64,000 nt of DNA from Coleofasciculus sp. B1-GNL1-01 (GTDB lineage: Bacteria; Cyanobacteriota; Cyanobacteriia; Cyanobacteriales; Coleofasciculaceae): the NCBI GenBank assembly GCA_040220235.1, contig JAVJTO010000070.1; one strand, 5' to 3'. Positions 61,366 through 64,000 of the stretch are shown piece after piece; the stretch's first letter is position 1; each line of letters opens with the position of its first letter. Under the pieces are notes generated by a model. It was not told the origin of the DNA and ran no database searches. It saw only the letters and a list, made by a program, of their open reading frames with translations. The position numbers and the translations under genes are program-made.

Positions 61366-61495
61366 GTAGGGGCGAGTCGCTGCATATTGTTACGAGGAAA
61401 TCCATTAATTATCTCGACTCGCCCCACTATCGTTACGAGGAAATCCATTAATTATCTCGACTCGCCCCACTATCGTTACCGGGAAATCCATTATT
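61366..61495. repeat. REP-like palindrome with a 43-bp tandem amplification of its right half
   Basis: GTAGGGGCGAGTCG...CGACTCGCCCC with units at 61389, 61432 and 61475 (partial). Confidence 0.9.
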
Positions 61496-62116
61496 TCGTT
61501 GAGGAATTCTCATCCTTAGTTCACCCGTTGGCACGAATAAGGTGGTGGGTTACGGCGAAGCGCCAATTAAAGGGTTTGTGTTGTGAATTAATTACCGCCT
61601 AACCCACCCTACGAATTACGGTTGATCGGGGTCTATAGGACGGCACATTTTCCCATGATATAAAAGTACCTAAAATGTACCGAAAAGTCAAGGGCTAATT
61701 CGTTTTTTTTTAGCATCAATAGTTCTGATTTTGGCTTCTAATGCATACAACCTTATTCTTGTCAATTCCGCGACAGAATTCGTTGCCAAAATTAGGTCAT
61801 TGAGGGGTAGATGTAGTATTTTTGTTGTCTGACCTGAGGACTGTCCGATATAACCAATAGTTAGGGTTTGAAGCGACAGTTAGACACAAATACCTGAAAG
61901 AAGTCAATAAAACCCCAAATTATCTTAAGCTAACCGAAAATCTGATCGTACTACATTCGCCATCTCACGACAAGATAAAGGTTTCCAGGTGTTTACTTTA
62001 CTTAACATTGTCAGGAAAAACCGAATAAACTTGAGAAAATTAAAACAGAACCCTTATGTCCAAAAGGTTTGACTTATTTAGACTGAGATTAAGTTCTGCA
62101 AATAGTCCTCAAACAC

Positions 62117-62178
62117 TGACGAATGACCAATGACCAATGACCAATGACCAATGACCAATGACCAATGACCAATGACCA
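62117..62178. repeat. STRR-type heptamer tandem repeat (TGACCAA)n
   Basis: Directly visible immediately after the FHA gene stop. Confidence 0.95.
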
Positions 62179-62179
62179 G

Positions 62180-62626
62180 TTAACCCTCCACCTGATCCCG
62201 ACGCACTCGGTAGTAAATCGCCTTCACATTAGGACCAAAGACAATCTCCTCTTCATTTTGCAGTTCATAGCTTTGGTGCTTTTGACCGTTAATTAACAAG
62301 CCATTAGAACTTAACTTCCCTTTGAGATTACCATCAACAATGCGATAGGCATCATGCCCATCCTCACCCTCTACTCGCATTAACGTGGCGTGGTGACGGG
62401 AGACAAACTGTGAGAACAGACGAATATCACAATCATGGTCTCTGCCAATGGAATAGAGTTCACCATCTAAAACAAACCGATGTCGTCCTCGGTCATCTTG
62501 AACAATGAGAACATGTCCCTCTGCAAAATCGGACGTATCAGAACTCACCGCGTCAGTAGATGACTGATCCGATGAGGGTGGGGAATCTGGAGAAGGTTCT
62601 ATGGGCAACATCTCACTTATGCTCAA
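62180..62626 (-). CDS. FHA-domain protein
   Basis: YSIGR, VSRHHA, SSNGLLING. Confidence 0.93.
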   Translation of the reverse strand: MSISEMLPIEPSPDSPPSSDQSSTDAVSSDTSDFAEGHVLIVQDDRGRHRFVLDGELYSIGRDHDCDIRLFSQFVSRHHATLMRVEGEDGHDAYRIVDGNLKGKLSSNGLLINGQKHQSYELQNEEEIVFGPNVKAIYYRVRRDQVEG

Positions 62627-62677
62627 GCACTACAGGTAATGGTAGCGACAGGAGTCGCCGACTGAAACAACTTGATC

Positions 62678-63784
62678 CTAAGATCCAACATCTCGGCAAG
62701 CACGATACAGGTCTGTCCAGCCTTTGCGTTCTTTGACCACAGTTTCGAGATACTCGTTCCACACTAACGTATCTTGAATCGGATCTTTAACCACAGCCCC
62801 CACCAATCCAGACGCAATATCCTTAGCGCTGAGGTGTCCATCGCCAAAATGGGCGGCTAGGGCTAACCCACTATTCACCACCGAAATTGCCTCAGCTGTA
62901 CTCAGGGTACTACTGGGAGATTTTAGTTTAGTTTTACCATCTTCGCTGATACCGCTACGCAGTTCGCGGAAAATCGTCACCACCCGGCGGACTTCAGTTA
63001 AGGCGGGGGCTTGCACCGGGAGTTCTAAAGCACGTCCTAAGCTTGCGACTCGTTGTTGAACGATCTCGACTTCCTCTTCGATGGTTTTCGGTAAAGGAAG
63101 GACAACAGTATTAAAGCGGCGTTTCAGGGCGCTAGACAAGTCATTGACCCCCTTGTCGCGATTATTCGCTGTGGCGATAATATTAAAGCCTTTAATCGCT
63201 TGCACCTCATCCCCCAATTCGGGAATTGGTAGCATCTTTTCTGAGAGAAGGGTAATTAGGGTATCTTGGACATCTGCCGGAATCCGAGTTAATTCTTCCA
63301 CCCGGGCAATTTTCCCCGCTTCCATCGCCACCATCAGTGGACTTGCCACTAACGCCTCCATCGAAGGACCTTGGGCGAGTAATCGGGCATAGTTCCACCC
63401 ATAACGAATGGATTCTTCACTGGTTCCGGCTGTTCCTTGAATCAGTAACGTTGAATCCCCAGAAATAGCGGCGGCTAAATGTTCTGATACCCAAGACTTA
63501 GCCGTTCCCGGAACCCCCATCAGTAATAAGGCGCGGTCTGTGGTGAGAGTGGCTACAGCTATTTCAATCAGTCTGCGATCGCCAATATACTTGGGCGATA
63601 CCACAAACCCGTTCTCTAGTGTACCTCCCAATAGATATGTTGTGACTGCCCAGGGGGATAAATTCCAGTTCGGCGGGCGCTGGCGTTGATCTGCTTTTGC
63701 CAATTCCGCTAATTCTTCGGCAAACTGTTGTTCCGCATGTTCACGCAATAAAAAGTTTTGATTGTTTAGCTTTGCACGATTCAC
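62678..63784 (-). CDS. MoxR-type AAA+ ATPase, YehL-like
   Basis: LR.HAEQQFAEEL, RP.NW.LSP, GVPGTAKSW.SEHL, RYGWNYA, VEELTR, SSALKRRF. Confidence 0.92.
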   Translation of the reverse strand: MNRAKLNNQNFLLREHAEQQFAEELAELAKADQRQRPPNWNLSPWAVTTYLLGGTLENGFVVSPKYIGDRRLIEIAVATLTTDRALLLMGVPGTAKSWVSEHLAAAISGDSTLLIQGTAGTSEESIRYGWNYARLLAQGPSMEALVASPLMVAMEAGKIARVEELTRIPADVQDTLITLLSEKMLPIPELGDEVQAIKGFNIIATANNRDKGVNDLSSALKRRFNTVVLPLPKTIEEEVEIVQQRVASLGRALELPVQAPALTEVRRVVTIFRELRSGISEDGKTKLKSPSSTLSTAEAISVVNSGLALAAHFGDGHLSAKDIASGLVGAVVKDPIQDTLVWNEYLETVVKERKGWTDLYRACRDVGS

Positions 63785-64000
63785 AGTTGTTTGTCCTGAA
63801 AAAGACTCTTCCGTACCTGCTATACTAAACTAACTTTCTCCCTATTCGTCATTTGTCACTTGTCATTCGCCCTTTGTCATCCTCATGAAGCGCCAAGCAA
63901 GCTACAACCTTTGTCAGCCTTTGAGGACTATTTGCAAAACTTAGTACCGCCTACAAAATTTGTATTCAGGCAATTAAAGCCAATAGCTTAAAAGAGTAAT

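Noticed and set aside
61389..61495. Mini CRISPR array
   Set aside because: It is a head-to-tail 43-bp duplication with no spacers.
1..64000. tRNA, rRNA, prophage, retron or DGR
   Set aside because: No recognisable RNA gene, phage structural gene, integrase or reverse transcriptase was seen. A covariance-model scan was not possible.

Overview
Chromosomal window from a filamentous cyanobacterium. The evidence is frequent HIP1 octamers (GCGATCGC), STRR-type heptamer repeats and GTAG-type REP-like palindromes; a Coleofasciculus/Microcoleus-like taxon is my inference. From left to right the window holds: a decayed IS630 element; acyl-ACP/acyl-CoA synthetase, transaldolase and pyruvate kinase; and a ~24 kb co-directional glycan cluster (7.9-31.8 kb). 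That cluster encodes ten glycosyltransferases, four sulfotransferases, two methyltransferases, a CmoA-like protein, an asparagine-synthase-like ATP pyrophosphatase, one Wzm and two Wzt. It is followed by two multi-TM GT-C-like proteins, a TMEM143-like protein, prolyl oligopeptidase and a CheY-like regulator. Next come a small ORF coupled to a STAND-TM-WD40 NLR-like gene, an Rpn nuclease, PhzF, a run of small cyanobacterial ORFs divergent from an HTH-NACHT gene, yehM-like and yehL-like genes, an MHYT-PAS-GAF histidine kinase and an FHA protein. The best candidate for an undescribed system is the 43.3-47.4 kb pair: both proteins carry the same gap-free 20-residue beta-strand-like Q/N/S motif, as expected for amyloid (BASS/RHIM-like) signalling from an NLR to an adjacent effector. 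All protein calls come from motif recognition by eye; no database search was run.
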